DNA of 63,417 nucleotides, the filler included, from Saprolegnia diclina VS20 (lineage: Eukaryota), in assembly GCF_000281045.1 (NCBI RefSeq). It is 7 parts of 4 records of this genome, joined end to end, with 100 filler letters (N's around TTAATTAATTAA, not from the genome) between each part and the next. Parts side by side here need not be neighbours in the genome. Positions count along the whole stretch, not along the records: positions 27,260 to 52,934 come from NW_008246074.1; positions 53,035 to 56,109 come from NW_008246075.1; positions 56,210 to 58,313 come from NW_008246076.1; 4 more parts are not named here. The stretch is one strand, 5' to 3'. Made by a program: the position numbers and the translations under genes. The notes beneath the pieces are model-generated. The model did not search any database, had not been told where the DNA came from, and was given only the letters and a program-made list of their open reading frames with translations. Each line of letters begins with the position of its first letter. Position 1 is the first letter of the stretch. Below, piece by piece: positions 46,632 to 57,322 of the stretch.

Positions 46632-47726
46632 ATGTCGGTCGCGCCGATCTTCGCGGTCGACGGCGCCGCCCCCGCACCACTGCTCCCGCTCACGTCCGCG
46701 ATCCAATGCGCCTTTGCAAAAGGCGTCGCACCGCTTGCGATTGAGGACTGCAGCGGTGGCGCGTATTTTCTCCGGTCGGCGTCGCACCGCCTCGAGGCCA
46801 TTTTCAAGCCCAGCGACGAAGAGCCATTTGCGCCCCACACCCCAAAGCCCCCGACATCGCCGGAAGAGACAGGTCCGATGCGCGCTGGTATCCCCTTGGG
46901 CGAAATGGCGCTGCGTGAGTGCATGGCCTACCTTGTTGACGACGAACGGCTGGCGCGCGTGCCGCCGACGGCCCTCGCGACCGGTCGCCACAAGGCGTTC
47001 CACTCGCGCACCCTCAAGCGCGGGTCGGTCCAGCTCTATGTGCCCCACGACTGCGCGTCCGAAGACCTCGGGCCCGCGCAGTTTCCCATCACGGACGTCC
47101 ACGCGATCGCTCTCCTCGACCTTCGCCTCGTCAACCAGGACCGGCACCCGGGCAACATCCTCGTGCAACGGACGGCCGGTAACCGCCTCATCCCGATCGA
47201 CCACGGCTGCGTTCTGCCCGAGTACGACGCGATGGGCGAGACGCAGCTCACGTGGCTGCACTGGCCACAAGCGCGGCAGCCGCTATCCGCGACCACCAAG
47301 GCGTACGTTGCCCGCCTTAACGCCACGACCCAGCTGCAATCGTGGCGCCGGCAGTACCCGAACGAGGTTTTTCCGACCAAAGCCGCGGTGACGCTGCACC
47401 TCGGCACCGCGTTTGTCCAGCTTTGCGTTGCGCGCGGCTTGAACGTGTACGAGATGGGGCGGTTGCAGGTGCGGGACGAACTCGACGTGCCGTCCACCTT
47501 TGAGTGCGTCGTGGAAGCGGCCGTGCACGACCTCGGGCGGCGCGCGCCACCGACGCACGTCAGTGAGCTCCTCGGTTGCTTCCAGCGCCGCCTCGAGACA
47601 GCGCTGCGCATGGAGTTTCCGGCGTATTTTTTGAAGGCGCCACGCTTCCTGCCCCTCCCGTCGCCAAAGAACCGGGAAAAGGTCCGCAAATCACCCGTGA
47701 AAGTGCTCCTGTCGTCGGCGGCCTAG
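46632..47726 (+). CDS. Type II phosphatidylinositol 4-kinase (plant PI4K-gamma-like)
   Basis: SGGAYF, AIFKPSDEEP, ALRECMAYLVD, VPPT, GSVQLYV, LDLRLVNQDRHPGNILV, LIPIDHG. Confidence 0.9.
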   Translation: MSVAPIFAVDGAAPAPLLPLTSAIQCAFAKGVAPLAIEDCSGGAYFLRSASHRLEAIFKPSDEEPFAPHTPKPPTSPEETGPMRAGIPLGEMALRECMAYLVDDERLARVPPTALATGRHKAFHSRTLKRGSVQLYVPHDCASEDLGPAQFPITDVHAIALLDLRLVNQDRHPGNILVQRTAGNRLIPIDHGCVLPEYDAMGETQLTWLHWPQARQPLSATTKAYVARLNATTQLQSWRRQYPNEVFPTKAAVTLHLGTAFVQLCVARGLNVYEMGRLQVRDELDVPSTFECVVEAAVHDLGRRAPPTHVSELLGCFQRRLETALRMEFPAYFLKAPRFLPLPSPKNREKVRKSPVKVLLSSAA

Positions 47727-48058
47727 TCGTAGCATGTTCGGTTGCCAGCCTAGCAACCGGTTGTAACCACATTCTGTGCTTGGCTAACCGGTTGCATTGA
47801 GTCATCGCGCTCCCATGGCTGCCCTTGGCGATGTGCTGCCACTTCGAGCAGGTCCTGAGTCTAAATGCAGGTGGGCGGTGCAGCAGAACCAGGCGACGGC
47901 CTCGCACCTCTGATGCGTCGTCTGGAAGCGCATCTAGGCGCCTTCCTACGTCACCCTTGCGTCGTCAGCTCTGTGAGGATGACGCAAGCAGTGGCCCACT
48001 TGTCCGGATACCATCCGGCGCGACGGTTCGTAAGATCCCTCTGCGGGATTACGTCATC

Positions 48059-50103
48059 ATGGATTGCACGATGCCGGCCTTTCTGCGGACCGACCTCGAA
48101 GAGGGCAGCGGCGAGTGGCAAAACATCCAAGTACGTGGCAGCGCGTACGCGCGAGTTCTCATGCGTCTAGAGCATCTTGCGTGCGACGTTTGTGGAGCTC
48201 CTCGAGTCGAGCCAGCGCCAAGACGTGCGCATCAGCCACCTCGAGAAGCAGCTCGAGGTAGAAGTCTACCTGGCATGCACGGGAGGTGAGCTCGATCCTA
48301 GCAATGCCGCCGGGATGTCGACGCAAGAGCCGACAAGGGCGCGACGCAGCGGGCACTACACAGCCTGACTGACGACGTGCAGGCCCTACAGCGGTGCATA
48401 CCGATGTCATCTCGATCCGAGCTCACCATCTTTGCCAGCTCCGCGGCCCATCGACCGACGGCGACCGACGGTGATCTTCCCGACAAGCTGCGATGGCTGC
48501 AGAGCAAACTGGCAAGCCACGACGACGCTTTGGCCGCGCTCCAGGCCTCGGTACGTGCTGCACGCACGATCATCCCATGCGACGCAGGACGAGGTAGGAG
48601 CCATCATCCTCGAGTACTCACAAGACCGACCGCCGAATACGGCTCCTCGAAGACGAGTTGCGACTGGTGGACATGTCCTCACTCAAGCAATGGAATAATC
48701 TTCCATGACGGCGTAGATTGTGCCGATCATCGACGGCAAGGCTGACATTGAAGCGGTGAACACCCACTTGGCCACCAAAGCCAACAAGGACGCGGTCGCA
48801 CTGGCGCTCAAGAAGCGGGTACCCCACAACGTGCTGCGATAAGTCCAGTTGTCATTCCACCGAGGCAGTGCAAAACATCGAGCGTCGAGCGGGAGCTGGG
48901 CCGTCTCCAAGCTCAAATTACCCCGCTTTTACAGCACGCTCCACGTACGCCCGTCACGCCAGAGGCGCTTCACACTGAGCAAAATGCATAGCGCGACAAG
49001 ACGCGAGTGACGCGGTGCAACTTTTGAGCCAGCGACAGCAGCAGCTCGAGACCCAGTGGACGCGCACCCAGTACTTTCTTCAGAAATTCCGTAAGACTAC
49101 AAGATGGGATACTGGCTTCTGACCTAAAACGGGTAGAAACCGAGATGAAGGACACGATCGGACTCGTAGAAGCACGCCAGGTGCATTCATATAGAGATCC
49201 AGTCTACGAAGGTAGTGACGATTGGCAGCATAGTCGCTGCCACCGGCGAGCCCGAACGAGGTATGTTGACACTTCGCGACAAGTCTGTCGTTGCTCATGG
49301 TCGATCGCATAGGATGACGACCCTTCTGTCAAAGCCGTAGACTACCGTTTGCTTTGTAAGGTACTGAGGGCAGGGGCGTAGGCGCCTTTGTCCGACGAGA
49401 CTATGCTCAAGGTAGTGTATCCCTTGCCTTGTCCAGCCCAACGATGTCTGAGCTCCAGGCCCAAGTCGACGCACTCGCGTCTGCTCAAGCAAATGTACGA
49501 CTATGACGACTTGAACGTGGACGTGGACGATGACATAGATCGACGCTGCCTGCGAGGGCCATGGGACAAAACTGCAGGCGTTGACCGCTGTTGTGCACCA
49601 GTTTGTCGCGTACGTCGATCATTCCTATCGTTGGGGTTAGGGTCCACGCATTCTACTAGCGACATCCAAGCTCAAGTCGACAAGGTGTGCCACGACCATT
49701 CCATGTCTGATCGGTGCGTCTGGTATCTATCTCACCGTACAAAATCAAATATACGCGTAGGCTCGGCGGCGTCGAGGCCAAAGTCTCGGAGCTCGAAGCG
49801 TCGCTGGTCGATGTCATCCAGGCCATGCACCAGCTTTGCCACCAGATCCAGCAACCGCCAGCATCCAGTGTGTCCTTGGAAGTAGAAACCGCGCAGCTCA
49901 TGGAGCTCGAGGCGCTATTGGCGTGCAGCCTGGAGCAGTACGCCATCCCACTCGATCGTGCGACCTATCAAGGTTCTAGGAGCGACCAGCCGCTCGTCTT
50001 TGGCACTGGCGCCGAGCTGGCGCAGATCCGAGATCAGTTTTGCAGGACGTTGGCCAATGGCACGCGGCCGGCCGAGGCAGCCGTTGCGTCTCCGTCGCTC
50101 TAA
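48059..50103 (+). CDS. Hypothetical intron-rich coiled-coil protein
   Basis: A chain of small exons separated by ~40-50-nt GT-AG introns; heptad-like segments (RISHLEKQLE; KADIEAVNTHLATKANKDAV; VEAKVSELEASL). Exon boundaries are uncertain and it could be two genes. Confidence 0.5.
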
Positions 50104-50219
50104 GCTAAGAAAATTCAAGTAACAGAGTCGGCGCGGGTGGCGAGATTCCGCGAACGTTCCTCGTCGCGTCGCCGAACGTGCTGCGTGCAAGCAAGCAATC
50201 ACTTAGAATCGAATCGACC

Positions 50220-51313
50220 ATGCAGAATCGTGACTGGGTGCCTGGCGCGTCGCCGTGCGAGAGCGGCCGCCCGTCGCTGCTCTCGACGCTCGACACACTG
50301 CGCTTTGAGGCGCCGACGATGGCGCCGCCGCCCTACTTGACGGCACTCGTGCAGCACCAGCTCGTGTCTGTGGGCCGACTCTACCACATTCTCTTGGTGG
50401 TGTTTTTGGGTCTGCTCATGGCACCCTTCATCTTGATCCCACGTGCGAACTGGGGACTACGGCATGCGTGGCTCATGATTGATGACGTAGTGTGCATCAC
50501 GCTGCGCATCGATGGCCACGTCGCCTGGTCGTGGCTATCGACGCTGACGCCTCTCTGGGTCCTCGACGTGTATGTGCTCTACGCGTGCAAGCTGCGCCTC
50601 TACGTGGCCGTCGACGACATGTCCGTCGACCATGCATGGTTCGTACTGATCGCGGAATTTGCAGTCATGTGTTTCGTGTAGCTTTATGTGTCGACTGCCG
50701 TCCGTCCTGCTGGTGATCGTCGGTCAACTCTTGGTTGCGCTACGCCTCGACAACGTGCTTGGCTGTACGTGGTCGGCAGCGCTTGCGCCGCTTGTGGCTG
50801 CGGGGGCGCTGCACTGTAGCCCCCGCGGCGTGCTCCTCAGCATACAAGTGGTACTGATCGGCCTCAAACTGGATGCCGTTCTTGCCTGCACCTGGACCAT
50901 TGTGTGGTTGCCATGCATCATTGTCATTTCGATGGGCTTCGTCGTCGGTCTCGTCGTGCTGGTGCGACGACTACGTCTGCGATTTTGGCTGATTTTACGA
51001 GTAGCCAATGCTGACGTGCTTCTCGGTCCAACACCGCGACGACCGACGCAGCCTCTCCCCCGTGAGCATGTGGGGTATGTGCTTGGTCCTCACGACGCTC
51101 CTCACGGGTGCCGTTGCTCCCTTCTTCCTGCTGCTCTACCGCCTCGAGTATGCCGACTTCCCAACCATCTACCTCTGCGTGCCATACTACGTGACGCTTG
51201 CCATCGTCGTCAGTTGGGTACGCTATCGCTATGATACTGTTACACATGTCATCGACATTGCGTAGGCTGCTGTCGACACGCTTGCGTCGACGCGTGCCGA
51301 CGCAATCGTGTAG
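50220..51313 (+). CDS. TMEM185/FAM11 (transmembrane Fragile-X-F) family membrane protein
   Basis: Repeated L(R/K)(I/L)D...W..W...P units (LRIDGHVAWSWLSTLTPLW; LRLDNVLGCTWSAALAP; LKLDAVLACTWTIVWLP); short introns. Confidence 0.75.
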
Positions 51314-51387
51314 TCGCCATTTCGTTCCTACATCCATGTGGTCTATAATATCATGAAAAATGCCGTTTTATTTGGAGGATCCATGTA

Positions 51388-52683
51388 CTAGACTTTGCCG
51401 TACGTTGTGTCTTGCGGCACGACGAGCTGGGGCGGCGCAGCGTACTGCGGCACCGACTGATAGTACGGCGCTTGGTTCGGTGCCCCGGGTACCACGATGA
51501 CCATTGGCAACTCGTCGTACGCCGATCGCTTCTTGGAGCGGCAGCACTTGCGCACAATGCAAAAGTAGATGAAAATGGCGGCAAGAACGAGGCCGAGGAA
51601 TTGGAGAGTGTCGTTGTCCACCGACGACGCGGGCCACGTCACGCCGCTCTCATCGTAGATGTTGCCGTGTGAGCTAATGCGGATGGTCGCCGGGACATGC
51701 TGCGGCAGTGCGTGCGGCGTCTTGGCGTCAACACTGTGCAGTGTCTTGGTGTGGTACTTGCCGCTCATGGTAGGCACGGCCGGGCCAACGTAGTAGACAT
51801 CGCCCGAGCCGTCCGCGCTGGCACTGAACGACGTCGACGCGCTGGCGTAAATGTCACCGCTGCCTGACGCGCGGGCACTCGTCGTCGCACACGCGAGCGA
51901 GCTCGTCTTGGCATCGCCAGACGCGGATGCGGCGATCTCGTGGCTACTGCAATCGCCCGAGAGCGTGTACTTGACGTCGCCCGACCCGTCGACGTCGGTT
52001 GTCACGCTCGGGTTGCCGCTCAGCGCACCGGACGCAAAGACAGAGCCCGACCCAAACACGTTGACGTCCAGTGTCTTGGTTTCCAGCACAGTTGAAAACA
52101 GCGCACAATCGCCAGAGCCTTGCACCGAGACGTCGACGGCGTTGGCGTGGAGCGATGGCACAGCAAACTGCAAGTCGCCGGACCCTTGCAACGTGAGTTG
52201 GAGGCGGTCGGCGACGATGGTACTGTCGTCGACATAGACGTCGCCGCTGCCGGTCAAGAGGACTTGGATGCTGTCGCTTGTCGCATTGCTGAGGACACGC
52301 GGGCCCACGACGACGTTGCCAACAGCTTCAAGGTACGAGAGCGCTTGTGGCGGAAGTGCAATGTCAACAATGTACGCGGCCTCAAGATCACGTTGGCGAT
52401 AGAGACTGCGGTCAAAGCCGATGGAAATCGCGCGCGAGTCGCCGGCGTCGACTTCATCAATTCGGATCGCGTTGAGGAGCTCGTCCGAGTCGGTCCGGAA
52501 CGTCACAGTGGCGACAGACGCCGTCGGGTCGGCTGTGACAAAGTTGGCGCGCGTCTGAAGCACGAGGCCGTGGATGTCCGTGGTCGTCGCTGTGAACGTC
52601 TTGGTGCGCCACGATGAAGTGCTGGTCATTGTGTAGTGGTTGCTTGAGGGGAAGTTTGGAAATGAGTCAAAGCCGAGTGCCAT
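51388..52683 (-). CDS. DUF2807 / GIN-domain (adhesin-head-like beta-solenoid) membrane-anchored protein
   Basis: Repeated xxGSGDx units (LTGSGDV, LQGSGDL, VQGSGDC, VFGSGSV, VDGSGDV, ASGSGDI, ADGSGDV); C-terminal TM helix followed by RKCCR. The start is uncertain. Confidence 0.8.
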   Translation of the reverse strand: MALGFDSFPNFPSSNHYTMTSTSSWRTKTFTATTTDIHGLVLQTRANFVTADPTASVATVTFRTDSDELLNAIRIDEVDAGDSRAISIGFDRSLYRQRDLEAAYIVDIALPPQALSYLEAVGNVVVGPRVLSNATSDSIQVLLTGSGDVYVDDSTIVADRLQLTLQGSGDLQFAVPSLHANAVDVSVQGSGDCALFSTVLETKTLDVNVFGSGSVFASGALSGNPSVTTDVDGSGDVKYTLSGDCSSHEIAASASGDAKTSSLACATTSARASGSGDIYASASTSFSASADGSGDVYYVGPAVPTMSGKYHTKTLHSVDAKTPHALPQHVPATIRISSHGNIYDESGVTWPASSVDNDTLQFLGLVLAAIFIYFCIVRKCCRSKKRSAYDELPMVIVVPGAPNQAPYYQSVPQYAAPPQLVVPQDTTYGKV

Positions 52684-53034
52684 GGGCGCGACATACACTC
52701 CCTGTTGCACACACACGCCGCATCACGTGAGAAATGATGGTCTCGTAATAGAAAAATGCATACAATGGGAATATTACACATGATCCAAACGAGTGTGAAA
52801 CAGAATGTATGCTCCCTATGCCACCGTGAATTCTTGATGACTAACTCGTCGAGCATCGAGCTAAGCTTACTAGAGCTGCCAATATAGGTACTAGTCATGG
52901 GTACTAGTATAGTACGGAGACGGGATGTGTGCATNNNNNNNNNNNNNNNNNNNNNNNNNNNNNNNNNNNNNNNNNNNNTTAATTAATTAANNNNNNNNNN
53001 NNNNNNNNNNNNNNNNNNNNNNNNNNNNNNNNNN

Positions 53035-53330
53035 CGGCTGGAGCTCGGTGCCAATCTTTGGCGACACACGATCGGTCATCGCTGCGGCCCAGTCGCTGCT
53101 CTCGATCGCGAGCTGCGTCGCCGGCACGATCGCGAGGCCCTCTGCCACCTTGTAGTTGGCCAAGACTTGCTGCGCTTGGTGCTGGCACAGCGGCCACCCA
53201 AGGTACTCGTACATTGTCTTGACGCGCAGCAGCGGCGCATGATACGTGGGCAGCTCCACCGACATGAACGGCAAGAGCTGCTTCATCGCGTGTAGTCGGT
53301 TGAGAATGCGCTCGTAGCTCGCGCTGTCCA
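53035..53330 (-). pseudogene. Fragment resembling the N-terminal part of large oomycete/fungal 2OG-Fe(II) oxygenase-family proteins
   Basis: LGWPLCQHQAQQVL...IVPATQLAIESSDW resembles the (F/W)PL...QA..L and 'xQ.xI.xxxW' motifs of that family. Truncated by a gap. Confidence 0.35.
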
Positions 53331-53505
53331 CGGGCTTGCTGGCCAGCGGCGACGCCGCCTTGGCTCGTGTGGCCCGCGCCGACTTGCGCGCCGGTGCCGA
53401 GGCCAGGCCACCCATCCCCAGCCACGATTTTAGGGGCCGGAGCTGGGCAGGGCTGGTGCGGGCCGTGGTATAAAAACATGGAGTCCTTCCATTCATCATT
53501 TTGAA

Positions 53506-54193
53506 ATGGAAGAGGGCGGGAAAACTGTGCACTGGCACAAAGACGTCTGCATCGAATCGACGTGCCGTTGCGGCAAGTCCTCCGTTGCTTTGCTCATCGA
53601 CTGGCTCACAGAAGATGCGGGCGACGGCTTCCTCAACTATACGCGATGGAAGGGCGGCAGCAAGAAGAAGGACGGCAAGAACAGGGTCGGGATCGCAGGC
53701 GAGATCTCCTCCATCCTCATCAAGCACGGCCTCCACCGCACCGTCTCTTTGTACAAGCGTGGGCCGAGATATCTGTTGAGAGCGACTTTGGCGTACGTCG
53801 ATGCCAGCTCGGTCGGTACGGCGCTTGCAGTAAGGAGACCAAGGATGAAGGTCTCGTCAGCTTCGTTGCGTCGTTCTTCCGCCGAGTCCTCGTCGTCTTG
53901 GTCAAGTGGCTCGGTTGCGTCGTCGAGTGTGCATCGGCCAAGGTGCATGTTTTCTGTGATGCGCCACATGCAGTCGGCCAAGGGCAGGTCGCGGAGGATG
54001 GTTTGTCGTTCAGAGGTTCGGGGCATCGCGCGAATCAAGATAAAAACTGAGAGGTGTGACCACGTCCTAACTTTGAAACCCCCTTGGACTACGAGCCCGT
54101 GGCTGGCGCTGGCCATTGGAACGATCGATTTTGATTGGACAAAAATAAATGGCCAGCCCCACAACACAGCCCGTTTTAACTTTGAAACCCCCT
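53506..54193. mobile_element. Internally deleted PIF/Harbinger-like transposon remnant
   Basis: Plus strand from 53506: KSSVALLIDWLTE...NYTRWKGG...IAGEISSILIKHG (Myb/SANT-like accessory ORF typical of oomycete/rust Harbingers). Minus strand from 54026: MPRTSERQTILR...RYLGPR (transposase N-terminus-like). The two collide at ~53755. TAACTTTGAAACCCCCT occurs twice (54068, 54177). Confidence 0.5.
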
Positions 54194-54849
54194 AATATAT
54201 GAGGGGCGTGGGGTGGGCCTTGACCCCCTGGGTGACCAGGGGTCCATATAAAACACCCTGGTTGCTACCACATTCTGGCCAACCCATTGGCTATAATAAA
54301 AGCTATTCATTGGTCTAAGCCAATCGCATTGCGCGAAGTATGTCCAGTGAAGTGCGATTTTATTGTCCAATTTAAGTGCTCTCCATGTGGGACATTATAC
54401 TTGATTATGTAACAATTTAGTGCGACGCACTTATAAGAGCATATAGGGTACATAGGGCATTTCCGCACCTAATCGCAATTGGCTGCATTTGGATTGAAAA
54501 AGCGCGCGAAAACTGCAGCAAGCGCCAACGCGCCGTCGTCGCAATGCTATTAGTTAACACTTCGTATTCGATACAAAAGCTCCAACCAGCTCACCCTGTT
54601 ATATGTACACAAGTTCGACACCAACAACACTAACGAGCAGGTGGCGGTACAAAGTCAAGCCATTGTCCGACGCGCGTCGTGGCCGCAAGTGATCCCGCTT
54701 GTCCCTCCTCTCGTATGGACAAATAACTACTTGCAGGCGTCGACATGACGTCGCAGTTGCGCAATAAGTACTTGGTCGTCCAGTCAAGTCTTTTCCACGC
54801 TACAATCTGAATCTGAAAACTCGCGATCGTTCTTTGGTCGACTTGCGCA

Positions 54850-56030
54850 TCATGCATCGTTGAAGAGCTCTCGGATGGAATACACGCTGTCTTGCAGAAG
54901 CGCGTGCACTCTCGCCGCCATCGCTGCATCTCTCGCATATGCCTCGACGAGGTGCGCGGCCGGTCGTCCCCGGTGGTGGGGCGGTCGCCGCTTGACGAGG
55001 CGCGGCTCGCTGTCGTTGTCGTCGCCCTCGTCCGTGGATACCCACTCAAAGTGCGTGCGGTACCGGCGGATGATCGCATGGATCCGAGGGCACGCGTCAA
55101 AAGGCAGCTGCATCTCGGCCACGTCCGGCGCGAGCAAGAAGACCGCAAACGCCTTGTACTGGCTGCAGCAGTTGGGCGCCTCGTCGAGCGTGATGAATGG
55201 CAGTGCGTAGTGGTTGTCGCTATCTCGCAAGTACGAGACCGTGTCGAGATAGGCGGTGGCGAGCACTGCAAAAGCGGGCGACGCCTTCTCCATGCGTACG
55301 ACGACCGGGTAGAGTATCTCGCGCGCCTCGTCGGGGTCGGTCAAATGCGAGGCGATGGCGTTGGCGACCGCCTCGGCTTTTCCGGTGCAGTATTCGCACA
55401 CGAAATGCAAGGTGTCCAAAAGAGGCTTGAGCTTCGAGTGCGTCGTGTGGGCGGTCGCCTCTGACGCTGCTACCGCGGCGTAGTAGTGAACCACCGCGTG
55501 GACCGGCTCGGTGAACTCTGCGGCGTGACTCAACATAGGTTACGAGACCGTTCATCTCGACGGACTCGCGATAAAGCGCCTGCTGCAACTTGATGACGCG
55601 GTGGCTGCCATCGGTCGTGGGTTCGAGCACGAGCAAATCTCGGTGCGCGGCGACCGTCGCCTCGATCGGCGGGTGCAAGTCACTGTGCAATACCATCACG
55701 CCGTCGTCGTCAGGTGAGAGCAAAAAGGTGCCAAACTCGACGCAGAGCGCACAGCACGGCGGCGAGAGCGCAATGAACGGGAGCGCGTACGGCGCGTCAC
55801 CATCGCGCAAGTGTACCATGGAGTCGACAAACGCGTTGGCAAGCGGAACAAACGCAGGAGACGCAACGTCGATGTGCATGGCGACGGGGAAGAGCGTCTC
55901 GACGGCCAAATCGATCTCCGTACCCATACTGGCGAGGATGCGGCGGGCCAGCTCCACGACGTTCGCAGCGCTGCTGTGCTTGCCAACAAAGCCGACGGCG
56001 TCCAACATGATTCATGGTGTGGTGTTTACT
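54850..56030 (-). pseudogene. Gene fragment with two tandem homologous ~150-aa repeats (C-terminal module of 2OG-Fe(II) oxygenase-like family?)
   Basis: ASPAFVPLANAFVDSMVHLRDGDAPYALPFIAL..CCALCVEFGTFLLSPD aligns with ASPAFAVLATAYLDTVSYLRDSDNHYALPFITL..CCSQYKAFAVFLLAPD. A frame change at ~55540 is either a frameshift or a weak short intron. Confidence 0.5.
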
Positions 56031-56209
56031 ACACTCGATCCCAAGCACTGTTTAAAACATCTATCCATGTCCAGTCCGGATAAGTGACCGACCATCGTCA
56101 GGCAGTTGGNNNNNNNNNNNNNNNNNNNNNNNNNNNNNNNNNNNNNNNNNNNNTTAATTAATTAANNNNNNNNNNNNNNNNNNNNNNNNNNNNNNNNNNN
56201 NNNNNNNNN

Positions 56210-56406
56210 AGCTCGACCGAGTTGCGACCTTCGGAAGCGCCGAGGTCCGCGATGCGAAGCAGCGGCGCGTGCGGCTTGGTCGCAGTGATGTGGCTGATGC
56301 TTTTTTCGAGAAAGACCGAGGTCCGGTGGACCACGCTCACTTGGTTGAGCCCGGCCTTGTTGTAGGCGCCACCGCCTTCCATGACCGTCGAGGCGCGAGC
56401 TAGCAT
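56210..56406 (-). CDS. 5' end of a SABATH / SAM-dependent carboxyl methyltransferase (Methyltransf_7) gene, truncated by a gap
   Basis: MEGGGAYNKAGLNQ...LRIADLGASEGRNS matches the M-x-GG..(S)Y..NS..Q and IADLGCSxGxN motifs of the family. Confidence 0.7.
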
Positions 56407-57269
56407 CGTTGTGGTTGGGATGCAATTGGAAAATGGAGCCCTCGTCAATGGCAAAAGCGAGCGGATGATCAGATATCACCTCTGTCTCGTACCGTAGCAG
56501 ACGTACATTTTTTTGTTGCGGGCATACCCGAATGATATACTAGTACCAACGACAAGCATGTAGCGAGAACGGACTTGGTGTCAGCGCACAACGCTCGGGA
56601 GACTACCCGCCACTACCGCATCGATATTATTCCTCTGATCTCAGTTTGTTTTGTCTTGTTGAGAAACAGGGTGCAAAAGCCCAGAGACTAGCCTCTACCC
56701 CGGGAAAGGACGAAAATTGTGCTGAATTCCGCGGCAATGACTTCCTGCGATCATTCGTCTTGCCGAAGGGAACCAATCAAGGTGCTCCGGTGCCATCGCG
56801 GATGTTCGCCAATGGCCGAAATCTTCACGCATGGGTGTGGCGCAAGACCACAGTGCTTGCCACATCCCGATTTGCATCAACGACGAAGTCGCCGACGCTT
56901 ATGTCGACTTCGCAGACATAGTCATCCAAGAGCAACGACATCGATGCACTCGGACCAACGCGTTTCTGAAGGAGCAGCATCGCGTGGCTTCGCTAACGGG
57001 GCAGCGAGCTTGGATCGTCAAGAGTCCGACCTTGCCACCCTCGACGCGCACATTGTACGACTCCCGGCCAATGCGCAAGTGTTTCGAACAATTGGGTCTG
57101 TTGCGTCACTGACAGGTTGTACGTACAGGGCACGCCTCGCCATTAAGTCGAGCGTGGCGAGCTCACACTTGCAAGCGTCCAACCATTCTGCTGCCCGGAT
57201 GGAAGCTACGTGGAACCATCTCCTTGACAAACTACAGACTTTTGAGAGCCACCACAAACTCTCATGAGG

Positions 57270-57322
57270 CATCGAGCAAAGTGATTGCGGTACCCCAGTA
57301 TGCCAACTAGCTCACGCTGTAC
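57270..57322 (+). repeat. 53-bp direct repeat (second copy at 58414-58466)
   Basis: CATCGAGCAAAGTGATTGCGGTACCCCAGTATGCCAACTAGCTC(A/G)CGCTGTAC, with one mismatch. Confidence 0.9.
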
